Shown here piece after piece: positions 52,683-61,667 of a stretch of DNA of 64,000 nt. This DNA comes from Leptolyngbyaceae cyanobacterium. GTDB taxonomy: Bacteria; Cyanobacteriota; Cyanobacteriia; Phormidesmidales; Phormidesmidaceae. The stretch spans positions 2,560,001-2,624,000 of the forward strand of contig CBDHHL010000032.1 in the NCBI GenBank assembly GCA_965263355.1, read 5' to 3'. Under the pieces are notes generated by a model. It did no database searches. It had not been told where the DNA came from and saw only the letters and a program-made list of their open reading frames with translations. Every line of letters starts with the position of its first letter. The first letter of the stretch is position 1. The position numbers and the translations under genes were made by a program.

Positions 52683-53789
52683 CTATGGTGCTCCTCTTCG
52701 CCCTTCGTTTCTTCCAAATTCCAAATAGTGTGCAATTGCCCCCATGTAATTATTTGCTCCATAGACATTAGCTACATCAGGATTATTTGATAAATAAAAA
52801 CGCGGATCAAACTCAGATGAGCCTTGACGCCCTTCAGACACACCGTGTCTTAACCAATGATCTACAGCTGCAGAATAGTTCGTTGAGCCAAAAGCTCGTT
52901 GCAAATCAGAATACTTACCTAAGTAATATCTGACATCAAATACAATAGAGCTTCTTCGCCCTTCAGACACACCGTGTCTTAACCAATGATCTACAGCTGC
53001 AGAATAGTTCGTTGAGCCAAAAGCTCGTTGCAAATCAGCATGCTGACCTAAATAATATCCAACATCAAATGCAGGAGAACTTCTTCGCCCTTCTCCAACA
53101 CCGTGCCTTAACCAATGATTTCTAGCAGCATCAAGATCATTTCCAAAAGCATTCCTTAGATCACCATAAGTCATGAGATAGAACTCAGGCTCAAGAACAG
53201 GTGAGCTTGAAGATTGAGATGCTGTAGATGATGGATTACCTACAACATTTCTTCCAATTCGGACATACATTTGATACGTGTTTGGAGTAGGTACACAAAT
53301 TCCAAACTCACATTCAGTTCTATTATATGTAGCTCTTCCTACTTGCATCTCTATACCTGAAATAGATAAGCCAACTCGTTTACCATCAAAAGAAGCATCC
53401 ATCGATTCCAAAAAACGAGTCAGTGTTAATACATTTGCAAGCTCGTCTGCAATATCTGGAGCCTTCCTCCTCACTTCTGCATCTAAATCTCGAAGCGCTC
53501 TACGCCCAAAGTTTGCAAGATAAACTGAAGTGAAACCACCGCTTCCACCACTAAAGTCTGCTGCCAATGCAGCAGCAAGTTTCAACATTTCTTGATGACT
53601 AAATTCTGTTGTGTAAAGAACAACATAGCCATCTTCCAAACTGCTTCTAACTTCTGGTTTATTTGTGCGATGTGCTGCATACGCTATTTGGGGGGAAGAA
53701 ATGATTCCAGCTGCAGACACACTACAAGAGACCAATACTAATGATAGAAACCTCTTAACACTTGGTTTTATACTCAAAGTTGAAAACAT
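52683..53789 (-). CDS. secreted protein with C-terminal ~41-aa tandem repeats
   Basis: Signal peptide; four units FDxxYYLxxxxDLxxAFG..HWLRHGxxEGR. Confidence 0.8.
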   Translation of the reverse strand: MFSTLSIKPSVKRFLSLVLVSCSVSAAGIISSPQIAYAAHRTNKPEVRSSLEDGYVVLYTTEFSHQEMLKLAAALAADFSGGSGGFTSVYLANFGRRALRDLDAEVRRKAPDIADELANVLTLTRFLESMDASFDGKRVGLSISGIEMQVGRATYNRTECEFGICVPTPNTYQMYVRIGRNVVGNPSSTASQSSSSPVLEPEFYLMTYGDLRNAFGNDLDAARNHWLRHGVGEGRRSSPAFDVGYYLGQHADLQRAFGSTNYSAAVDHWLRHGVSEGRRSSIVFDVRYYLGKYSDLQRAFGSTNYSAAVDHWLRHGVSEGRQGSSEFDPRFYLSNNPDVANVYGANNYMGAIAHYLEFGRNEGRRGAP

Positions 53790-53884
53790 ACAAGGCCTCC
53801 AAGATTATCAGAAAAATAAGTAGTTGACCATCGCTATCTGTTGTAAATCTAGCTAGAGGTTGCATTGGTTTTCATTGACTTGGG

Positions 53885-54466
53885 TTAAGAACCCTTTCTT
53901 TGGTAGATTCGTCTCTTCAAACGGCTAAGGGACTCTGGCTTAATCCCAAGATATGAGGCTAAATGATAATTAGAAACTCGATCAATGATTTCAGGCTCAC
54001 TGTTAAAGAGCTTACAGTAACGTTCTTCAGGGGTATCCATATAGAGAGAAGTTAATTTGTCCCGCATCTTGGAGGCAAATCCTTCAGCGTGAAGCCTCAA
54101 AAATTTCTGACCGTTTGGAATCTCTTCGATAAATTTCATCGCTCGATGATTAAACAAGAGAATCTTAGAGTTCTCGATCGCTTCACAAGAAAATTGAGAA
54201 GGCTCTTGATTTAGAAAACTCCTGTAATCACCAAAGCTTTCGTGCTCGAGATGAAAGGAAAGGGTACACTCTCGGTCATCATTAAATAGAAAAATTCTGA
54301 CACAACCTTCTAGAGTAAAGCCAATAAATTTGCAGATATCTCCTTCCTGGAACAGAAAGTCACCCTTTTTAACTTCTACACACTCTAGGAATGAATCAAA
54401 AAGTGTAGGGTCAATTTTGAATTCGGGAAAGACTTTCAGAACAAATGTATAAAATGGCTCATACAT
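53885..54466 (-). CDS. Crp/Fnr family regulator (cNMP-binding)
   Basis: KKGDFLFQEG..GCVR; PEERY..YHLASYLGIKPESLSRLK. Confidence 0.9.
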   Translation of the reverse strand: MYEPFYTFVLKVFPEFKIDPTLFDSFLECVEVKKGDFLFQEGDICKFIGFTLEGCVRIFLFNDDRECTLSFHLEHESFGDYRSFLNQEPSQFSCEAIENSKILLFNHRAMKFIEEIPNGQKFLRLHAEGFASKMRDKLTSLYMDTPEERYCKLFNSEPEIIDRVSNYHLASYLGIKPESLSRLKRRIYQRKGS

Positions 54467-54555
54467 CTATCTGCACCTCTAATTTTTTTACGTCGACTTA
54501 GCCAATATAAATCAATGAGTAATGCTGATTAATCGTCTCACTGGAAAAGTTAGCG

Positions 54556-56916
54556 GTCGGGTAAAGGGATAGGTTTTACATATAGCCTCCCCCCTCCCCT
54601 CAGAACCGTGCGTACAACTTTCACTGTACACGGCTCAAGCAACGTCGATAGCTCAGCGATGCATTTGTTGATGGCAGACTCGGTGGAGTGCCATCAGATT
54701 GGACGCATGATTCGTCCCACCTAGGTGACGTGGCTGCTTGTGATGAATGTGGATGGGCTCTCCATTGAATAGGGATTGCCCACACAATAGACATTGCCCT
54801 TGTTGCCAGCGGATAATCCGCTGAGCAGATTTGGGATAATCCCCCAGGTGCCTGGACTGTTTGCCCCGTAGAGCAAAATACCCCTGACACTCTGGGTCAT
54901 CTGGGCTAGCCTGCCCTCGAATGAGGACATGCCGTCGAATCCGGGTAGAGCCGATGCGATAAAGCACCATGCCTGTATTGGGGTCGATAAAACACCATCG
55001 GCACCCTGGATAAGCGGGATGCTCTCCCCAGTATCGTCCCTTTCGCCACGTATAGGACTTGTTGGGATGGGTTTTCGTTGCCCAGCGTTGGAGTTTCCAG
55101 AAGAGATAAGTTTCTAGTTTCTGGAAAACCTTTGAGCTGACCACGCCTCGATAGTAATTGGCCCATCCCCGCAAGATGGGGTTGAGCACCGTGATTACTG
55201 CCGTTGCATTACAGCCATGAAGCCGCTTAAACGTGTGCCGTAGTTTCTCACGAAATCTAGCCACACTTTGCTTGGCAGGTCTGATCAGCAGCTTCCACCC
55301 CGTCTGGGTGTTGCGGCTTGGGTAGTGACGAACCATGAACCCCAGAAAATCAAATCCTTCCGATAGATGCACCACCTGAGTTTTCTCATCAGATAGCTGC
55401 AGTCCTCTCAAGCTGAGGAAACGTTGAAGGTCGATTCGGGTTTGGTCTGCTTCTGCTTTGCTCTCACAAAAGACAACAAAGTCATCGGCATATCGCACCA
55501 CTGCCCGTGTTACATTCTTTTTGATATAGCCTTGGGCATATCGAGTAATGCCCAGTGCCGCTTCCATGCCATGTAGTGCAATATTCGCTAACAGCGGTGA
55601 GATGACACCACCTTGGGGCGTGCCAGCATCAGTCGAATGAAAGACGCCATCTTCTAGGTAGCCTGCCCTGAGCCAGTCGGCAATTAATCCACGAGCGGGA
55701 AAGTTACCAATCTGGCGGAGTAGGAACCGATGATTGATGGCGTCAAAACATCCAGCAATATCGGCATCGACCACCCACTTTTTGCGATTCTTTGCATGAG
55801 CATTGACATAGATACGAGCAATGGCATCATGGGCGCTGCGACCGGGTCTAAACCCATAACTGGTTGGCTCAAATTGAGCTTCCCAGCACGGTTCTAACGC
55901 CGCTTTGACCATCGCTTGTAAACATCGGTCCGTAATCGTGGGAATTCCCAAAGGACGACGTTTACCATTACTCTTCGGAATGTACACCCGTCTGACTGCC
56001 AAGGGTTTCCAAGGAATCGTTTGCTTCAGCTGATCCACTAGGGCTGCTTTAGCGGGGCCTGTTTTCACAAGCACCTTATCGATTCCTGGAGTGGCCTTGC
56101 CAGCGTTCAGTTGAGTCACCCGTCGTACCGCTAGCAGTACATTTGAGTAACTCTTGAGTAGTAATCGTTGGAGATTCCTGACTCGCTTCCAATCATGCTG
56201 TCGCGTCGCTCGGAAGATGCGTTGTCTCAGATTCTTCACCACTCGATGGGCTTTGCGCCAGTTGGCATCCTGCCAATCGGTGATGCGCTGGGTTACGTTT
56301 GCAACACAAGTCTGCACCTAACTTTTTCCTCAGCGTTTAGTCTCGTCTCAACGTCTCTTACTGGACCTCACCTGTCCCACGTCTGCGCCCTTTCGGGTTA
56401 GGCATTTGCCCTATCCGTCACGTTATGAATTCCGTTTGCCTTTCGGCGGACGGCTTTCGCGTCTTGGGACATCCTGTTCCCGCTAGAGACTTCGGCTTCC
56501 GTTACCGTCGGCTTACCTGAAAATGAAAATTCCCAGGACTCTATCGGGGTTTCCTCGTTCCGCACGGGGAGGAGATATGATTGCCTTAGGACTCCTCTGT
56601 ACTCCGGGAGCGGGGTGTTCTCAGTTGGTATTTAGACGCTACCAACTCCCATCTGCTCCAAAATTCTCGTATCAGCCATTTCGAGAACTCTAAATTAACG
56701 AAGCCTCATCAAGGATTCACTTGCGTTATCCTTAGCAATCTTGCCCTAGCCTGCACCCTCTTGTTGGCTCAGAAGATGCTTCGACAGTTAACCTCGTCTG
56801 CTGATGCTGCCCTCCCATTACTGGTTGAACATTCCGAGGCGGACATCCGCCTGAACACTGGCGGGGAGAGACGTTTGGGAGTCTCTCCAACTCCCCCGAA
56901 CGACTTCGAGTCGCGC
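54556..56916 (-). mobile_element. group II intron (chloroplast-like class, IIB-type), full length
   Basis: 5' GCGCGACTCG; domain V GAGCCGTGTACAGTGAAAGTTGTACGCACGGTTC (54636-54603); domain VI ending ACCCGAC. Confidence 0.93.
54653..56317 (-). CDS. ltrA: group II intron reverse transcriptase/maturase with HNH endonuclease
   Basis: RVT_N-type N-terminus (LQRLL..AVRRVT.LNAGK.TPGID), RPLGIP, GTPQGG, RYADDF, RGWANYY, C-terminal CxxC and HNH. Confidence 0.96.
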   Translation of the reverse strand: MQTCVANVTQRITDWQDANWRKAHRVVKNLRQRIFRATRQHDWKRVRNLQRLLLKSYSNVLLAVRRVTQLNAGKATPGIDKVLVKTGPAKAALVDQLKQTIPWKPLAVRRVYIPKSNGKRRPLGIPTITDRCLQAMVKAALEPCWEAQFEPTSYGFRPGRSAHDAIARIYVNAHAKNRKKWVVDADIAGCFDAINHRFLLRQIGNFPARGLIADWLRAGYLEDGVFHSTDAGTPQGGVISPLLANIALHGMEAALGITRYAQGYIKKNVTRAVVRYADDFVVFCESKAEADQTRIDLQRFLSLRGLQLSDEKTQVVHLSEGFDFLGFMVRHYPSRNTQTGWKLLIRPAKQSVARFREKLRHTFKRLHGCNATAVITVLNPILRGWANYYRGVVSSKVFQKLETYLFWKLQRWATKTHPNKSYTWRKGRYWGEHPAYPGCRWCFIDPNTGMVLYRIGSTRIRRHVLIRGQASPDDPECQGYFALRGKQSRHLGDYPKSAQRIIRWQQGQCLLCGQSLFNGEPIHIHHKQPRHLGGTNHASNLMALHRVCHQQMHR

Positions 56917-57068
56917 GCTAACTATGAGTTATCCAGACTTAGTCTGGATAAATACCTTCCAGCCGGAGTTATCCAGAAACTTTCTGGATAAACACCTTAT
57001 AAGCAATTAACCCAGAAACTTTCTGGATAATACCCCCAGAGTCGGAGTTATCCAGAAAGCTTTAACCT
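56917..57068 (-). other. array-head element with attI-like simple site (copy 2)
   Basis: Palindromes starting near 56928, 56968, 57007 and 57047; minus strand ends GGATAAC-tcata-GTTAGC followed by the intron. Confidence 0.6.
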
Positions 57069-57518
57069 CGCTTTAATAGTTCAAATAAACTATTGAGCCA
57101 TCTACCAAGACTGATCGTGAGTGTGATGCCTTAGGGGGGCGCTAAGACTATCCTTGTTCGATGGGGTCAATATCTACCGTTTTTGACGGTTAAACCAGTG
57201 AAATGAGCATTTTTCCGGCCAGAAGCATCTCCTCAGTGCCTTGATAACAGCGTGATACAGCCCATTGCTAGCTTGACGAAAGCCTAACCCCCGGTCTAAA
57301 GTAACCCAATGCTGCAAGTGCAGCTGTTCTACTAGAACCTAATAACTTGGCACCATCGGCAGGTGCTGACAACACCTAACCGATGGCTGACCCGCGGATT
57401 CCAGAGCAATCCTTGGGATGGGCTTATTATGCCTCAGCCCCTGCGATTTGCCATACATCGCGGGGGCTGAGCTGTTGGGTTCTGGCTTTCCTTGTCGTTT
57501 CTCTGGAGAACCAGAACC

Positions 57519-57758
57519 ATGTTTCAAGACCCAACCCAGGGCGCATCAGCGCTCACCCGTCAGCCTGACCCGCTGCCAGAATCCTCCTACGAAATGGGAC
57601 GACATCTGCTGCTGGGCAGTTTGACCTTTGTGCAGACCACCATCAAGCTGTTGCATAAGCTCAACTATACTGAGCCCAACGACTGGAGTCGTCCACTACC
57701 CACCGGGCGACCCAATGAGGTGATGGCGATTTTGACTAAAAAAGTGAAGATTAGTTAG
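57519..57758 (+). CDS. small conserved cyanobacterial hypothetical protein
   Basis: RHLLLGS...TIKLLHKLNY.EPNDWS.PLPTGRPNEVMAILTK pattern. Confidence 0.7.
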   Translation: MFQDPTQGASALTRQPDPLPESSYEMGRHLLLGSLTFVQTTIKLLHKLNYTEPNDWSRPLPTGRPNEVMAILTKKVKIS

Positions 57759-57763
57759 GGCGA

Positions 57764-57824
57764 TGCGATCGCATCCTGTCCAAAGAGGGTGCGATCGCAT
57801 CCTGTCCAAAGAGGGTGCGATCGC
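57764..57824. repeat. 26-bp tandem repeat bounded by three HIP1 sites
   Basis: (TGCGATCGCATCCTGTCCAAAGAGGG)x2 followed by TGCGATCGC. Confidence 0.9.
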
Positions 57825-57872
57825 TCTTTTAAGATCCGAAAATTATGTAGCTTACTGGTAACTATACATGTC

Positions 57873-58122
57873 TTACACCAGTAGCCAACCAAACAACCCT
57901 TTAATCGTCAGCTGTAATTCACTGGCAAACGATGGTACAGAAACAATCTCATCTGGCTCATCCAACACTTCAAGCTCCTGCTTAGAACGATAAACAAACA
58001 CCGTTTGCTCACCTGGTCAATTACCAACCCACTGCAGTCCCATGCCGCAGACAGTGCAAAATAGTCTCCGTTACCTTTGTTTGGCTTTGATCAGAAGACA
58101 AAGTCTCAATGGTCCAATCAGG
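57873..58122 (-). pseudogene. Uma2 endonuclease 3' fragment
   Basis: Manual translation PDWTIETLSSDQSQTKV..HCLRHG..GW*, frameshift, ..LQLTIKGLFGWLLV*. Confidence 0.75.
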
Positions 58123-58226
58123 TAGGGTGCTAGTGCTAGCCCAAACTTGCGATCGCGCCTATTGATTGGACTATTGTTTTCGTTTCCAGGCAGGACAGAT
58201 TGCGCCTGAGCTACAATACGGCCAAA

Positions 58227-59726
58227 TTAACCTGTTATTGTCGATGGCTTCCGCACCATCCAAATCAATAGTAGCCCTGATAATGCTGCATAGCCTCCAT
58301 GTATAATCCCTGCTTGCAAGGCAATGCCCAGCGCATGGTGACCGGGAATCAACAGTTTCCCCAAAATATTAGCAACCCGATAATAGCTGGCATAACCAAT
58401 GCTGTAAGCCACTGGCCAAACTATAGCTCGATTACTTTGCGTCCTTAAGCAGAAATACTGTGAAAGCCCCAGCGTGGCTCCAAAACAAAAATTAGCCAAG
58501 AACAACGTGCCAAGCTGAACAAACACGATGTAAAGACAGAACCCAATGACTCCCCCCAACGCCCCAGGCAACAGCCACCGAAACTTGCCACCTAACGCAA
58601 GGATTTGGCCGAGTCCCCTAACTAAACCAATCAGAAGAATATTACTTACAAAAGGTAAGCCGCCGAAATAGGTAGATAGCAGCATCGTTATCACATAACC
58701 AATGCCCCAACGAACCCCCAACCAGCCTGGGCTGCGTCGTTGCTCTGCTTGAGCCAAGGTCTTGGGAGGTATGGTGTCAGAAATTACTGTTGCATCTGTT
58801 TGAGATAAGTCACTTTGAAGCCTGGTGGATTGACTCTCTGGCGACAACTCACTGTGTGGTTCAGATACACTGGGGTGAGGTGCTGTGTCTATATCCATCA
58901 AAGCTGTAAGGACTTCTGTTGCCGAGGGAAAACGCTGACTGAAGTGATCTTGCACCATCCTATTCAGAACCTCCGCCATGTCATCACTGACGTGAGGGGC
59001 ATAATCACGCCAGAGAACTTTACCTGTGTTTGGATCTTCTGGAAGTTGTTGGGGGGAAATGCCCGTTAGGGCCTGAAGTGCAATTATACCAACGGCATAA
59101 ACATCGCTGGAGAGCTTTGGCCGACCATTGGCCTGCTCGCTAGGCATATAACCTGATGTACCGATCGCGACTGTTACTTGGGTCTGCCCTTGGGCGTCAC
59201 GTTGAAGAACGTTGATTTCTTTGACAGCTCCAAAGTCAATCAAAACCAACTTACCATCGTTGTCTCGTCTACGGATGTTTTGAGGTTTTATATCACGATG
59301 GATGACGTTATGCTGATGGACAAAGGATAGCACCGAACATAGTTCTCTCATCAGTGTGAGCGTATGGGCTTCACTGAGCCGCTGGCCTAGTGGCAGTTCC
59401 TCGGCTAAATCATGCCCTGCAATATATTCCTGAACAAGATAGAATTGCCCCTGCTCTTCAAAGTGGGCATAAAGTTGAGGAATTTGATTATGCTGCTGTC
59501 CTAAGCTATACAGTACTTTGGCCTCTCGCTCAAATAGCTGCTTGGCGATGGCCATACCGGACTGATCGAGATATTTAGGACACAGGTGTTTGACAACTCG
59601 GTAGGGTGAGTCGGGAAGATCAATATCAGTGGCAAGATAGGTGTCACCAAAGGCACCACTGCCTAGTTGATTGATAATCTTATAGTGATTCCGAAGAATC
59701 TTACCAATAAAAATAAACTGAGTCAT
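58227..59726 (-). CDS. Ser/Thr protein kinase with C-terminal membrane domain
   Basis: LGSGAFG, HRDIKPQN, DFG, GTSGYMPSEQ, SDVYAVG. Confidence 0.96.
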   Translation of the reverse strand: MTQFIFIGKILRNHYKIINQLGSGAFGDTYLATDIDLPDSPYRVVKHLCPKYLDQSGMAIAKQLFEREAKVLYSLGQQHNQIPQLYAHFEEQGQFYLVQEYIAGHDLAEELPLGQRLSEAHTLTLMRELCSVLSFVHQHNVIHRDIKPQNIRRRDNDGKLVLIDFGAVKEINVLQRDAQGQTQVTVAIGTSGYMPSEQANGRPKLSSDVYAVGIIALQALTGISPQQLPEDPNTGKVLWRDYAPHVSDDMAEVLNRMVQDHFSQRFPSATEVLTALMDIDTAPHPSVSEPHSELSPESQSTRLQSDLSQTDATVISDTIPPKTLAQAEQRRSPGWLGVRWGIGYVITMLLSTYFGGLPFVSNILLIGLVRGLGQILALGGKFRWLLPGALGGVIGFCLYIVFVQLGTLFLANFCFGATLGLSQYFCLRTQSNRAIVWPVAYSIGYASYYRVANILGKLLIPGHHALGIALQAGIIHGGYAALSGLLLIWMVRKPSTITG

Positions 59727-59928
59727 CTCACAACGTTGGCATTAAACATGCAGCACTGATGTCAGTTATACTTTATGAACTACCTCTAAGAATTAATTAC
59801 TGGTGGTGAATTTACTGTAATCAGAATTAAACCTTAAAAAATAGACTTCTTAAAAAATAGACTTATAGACAGGTCAAAAATTATATCTTGCAATACAAAA
59901 ACATAGATAAGTTTGAGGCAATAGCACT

Positions 59929-60324
59929 ATGCCCTTTTTGAGTGAGGCAATGACTTGGAGTGGTCAAGGCTTAAGCTGTAAAGCCTGGGGTACTTTTGCG
60001 GCGATCGCATCTATCCTCATAGTCACCCCTAGCCAGGCCCAATTGACCGCAACCGAGAGGGCTGAGATCGAGCAATTTTATCTCGATGCCTATTCTATTG
60101 GAGATGCTACCTTTTCAGCCTATGAAGACCCTGCAGCAGATAACGCAGCTATCTTCGAGCAATGTCTGCAGCAGGTCAATGCACTGACGGTGCCAGACTA
60201 TATGCTAGCAGCAGCGCAGGAGCATAATTTCAACGACTATGGTGAGTCCGGCTGGGTGGACGCGTTTTGCGATCAAGTTACTCTCAACTACATTTTTTTC
60301 AATACAGGCTCTAAATTTGATTAG
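59929..60324 (+). CDS. hypothetical secreted protein
   Basis: Signal-peptide-like N-terminus; acidic mature part. Confidence 0.6.
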   Translation: MPFLSEAMTWSGQGLSCKAWGTFAAIASILIVTPSQAQLTATERAEIEQFYLDAYSIGDATFSAYEDPAADNAAIFEQCLQQVNALTVPDYMLAAAQEHNFNDYGESGWVDAFCDQVTLNYIFFNTGSKFD

Positions 60325-60506
60325 TGCGTTAAGGTCAGCAAGCGCAGGGTCTGTGAATCACGCACCGCTTTCAAGAGGAATAAGTTAGGTTATGCATGAC
60401 TATGGTCGTCTTTAGGAAATGAGGACATTAGGACAGGTGGAATAAGCCTGTACTTCCCAATATTCTTATCTATACTTAACCAGAATGTTGGCAACGGTAC
60501 AGGTTA

Positions 60507-61283
60507 ATGAACCAAACAATACCAAAGCTAAATATGTCTGGGATTGGATTGCTCAATGAAAAACCGCTCCATGCATCGCTAAAACAATGGTACGCACAGC
60601 CGGGCGATCGATTTGAAGTGGCTGTGGATGGTTTTGTGATTGACATTGTGCGCGATGACCAGCTGTTGGAAATCCAGACGGGGAATTTTGCTGCTATTAA
60701 GTCAAAATTGACGAAACTGGTGCGATCGCATCCCGTCCACATCATCTATCCCATTGCCCAGGAAAAATGGATTGTCAAACTATCAAAAGATATTGATCAG
60801 GCCAACACACGTCGCAAATCCCCCAAAAAAGGACGAGTGGAAGATATATTTTGGGAAATGGTCAGTCTTCCCCAATTTATCTTAAACCGTAATTTTTCCC
60901 TGGAAATATTAATGATCCAAGAAGAAGAAATCAGACGCTTTGAAGAAAAACGACGATGGCGCAGGCATGGATGGTGTACCGAAGAACGTCGCTTGTTAAA
61001 TGTAGTGGATCGACACTTACTAAAGACACCGGCAGACTGGCTGGCCTTTCTCCCAAAAGGTATGGAAACATTTACAACAAAAGATATCGCCAATGTCATG
61101 GGCATTAGGAGAGAGTTGGCCCAAAAAATGGCCTATTCGTTACGAACAGCAAGACTCATTGAGTTGATTGGCAAACGGGGACGAGATAATTTATATCAAT
61201 CTGAGGGTGCCATAACATATGACATATCAATGGAGAACAAGAATGTCTGCAATCAACACAAAATAGATACAACCTGTATGTAA
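60507..61283 (+). CDS. hypothetical protein, PD-(D/E)xK nuclease-like
   Basis: EKPLHASLK..EV...VIDI....LEIQT; C-terminal HTH-like segment. Confidence 0.65.
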   Translation: MNQTIPKLNMSGIGLLNEKPLHASLKQWYAQPGDRFEVAVDGFVIDIVRDDQLLEIQTGNFAAIKSKLTKLVRSHPVHIIYPIAQEKWIVKLSKDIDQANTRRKSPKKGRVEDIFWEMVSLPQFILNRNFSLEILMIQEEEIRRFEEKRRWRRHGWCTEERRLLNVVDRHLLKTPADWLAFLPKGMETFTTKDIANVMGIRRELAQKMAYSLRTARLIELIGKRGRDNLYQSEGAITYDISMENKNVCNQHKIDTTCM

Positions 61284-61401
61284 GGTATTCCCCGCTTGAT
61301 GCTTGAGTCTTTAACTGAGCAATGGCACTGAGACTTTTGTCCAAGATATCTTAATTCTAAGATATAGTAATTTTTGTGAGATATCCAATTAAGCAACTAT
61401 T

Positions 61402-61641
61402 ATGTCCACAGCCAATAGAGTATCGGTTTCATTACTCCTACCCCCCGAACTGCTAGAAAAACTACGTCCCTACCAACAAAAGCACGACATTACTTCTGTG
61501 CCTGAGGCTATCCTAACAATTTTGCATAATCATCTAGAGATAGAGGGTAAACCCACACCACCGTTTTCAGATAGCCCGTCTATTTACGATGGTGTTGAAG
61601 ATGGGGCCTGTGAAGTATTAACCGAGTATTTAGGAGCCTAG
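61402..61641 (+). CDS. small hypothetical protein (RHH-like)
   Basis: RVSVSLLLPPELLEKL N-terminus. Confidence 0.55.
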   Translation: MSTANRVSVSLLLPPELLEKLRPYQQKHDITSVPEAILTILHNHLEIEGKPTPPFSDSPSIYDGVEDGACEVLTEYLGA

Positions 61642-61667
61642 CAGCGCTAGCCAACAACTATAAAACC

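Noticed and set aside
54653..56317. RT as a retron, DGR or defence RT
   Set aside because: Maturase and HNH domains plus domain V/VI RNA show it is a group II intron protein.
56928..57068. Periodic palindromic repeats as a CRISPR array
   Set aside because: Spacers are only about 15 bp and conserved between the two copies, repeats are degenerate, and no cas genes are present.
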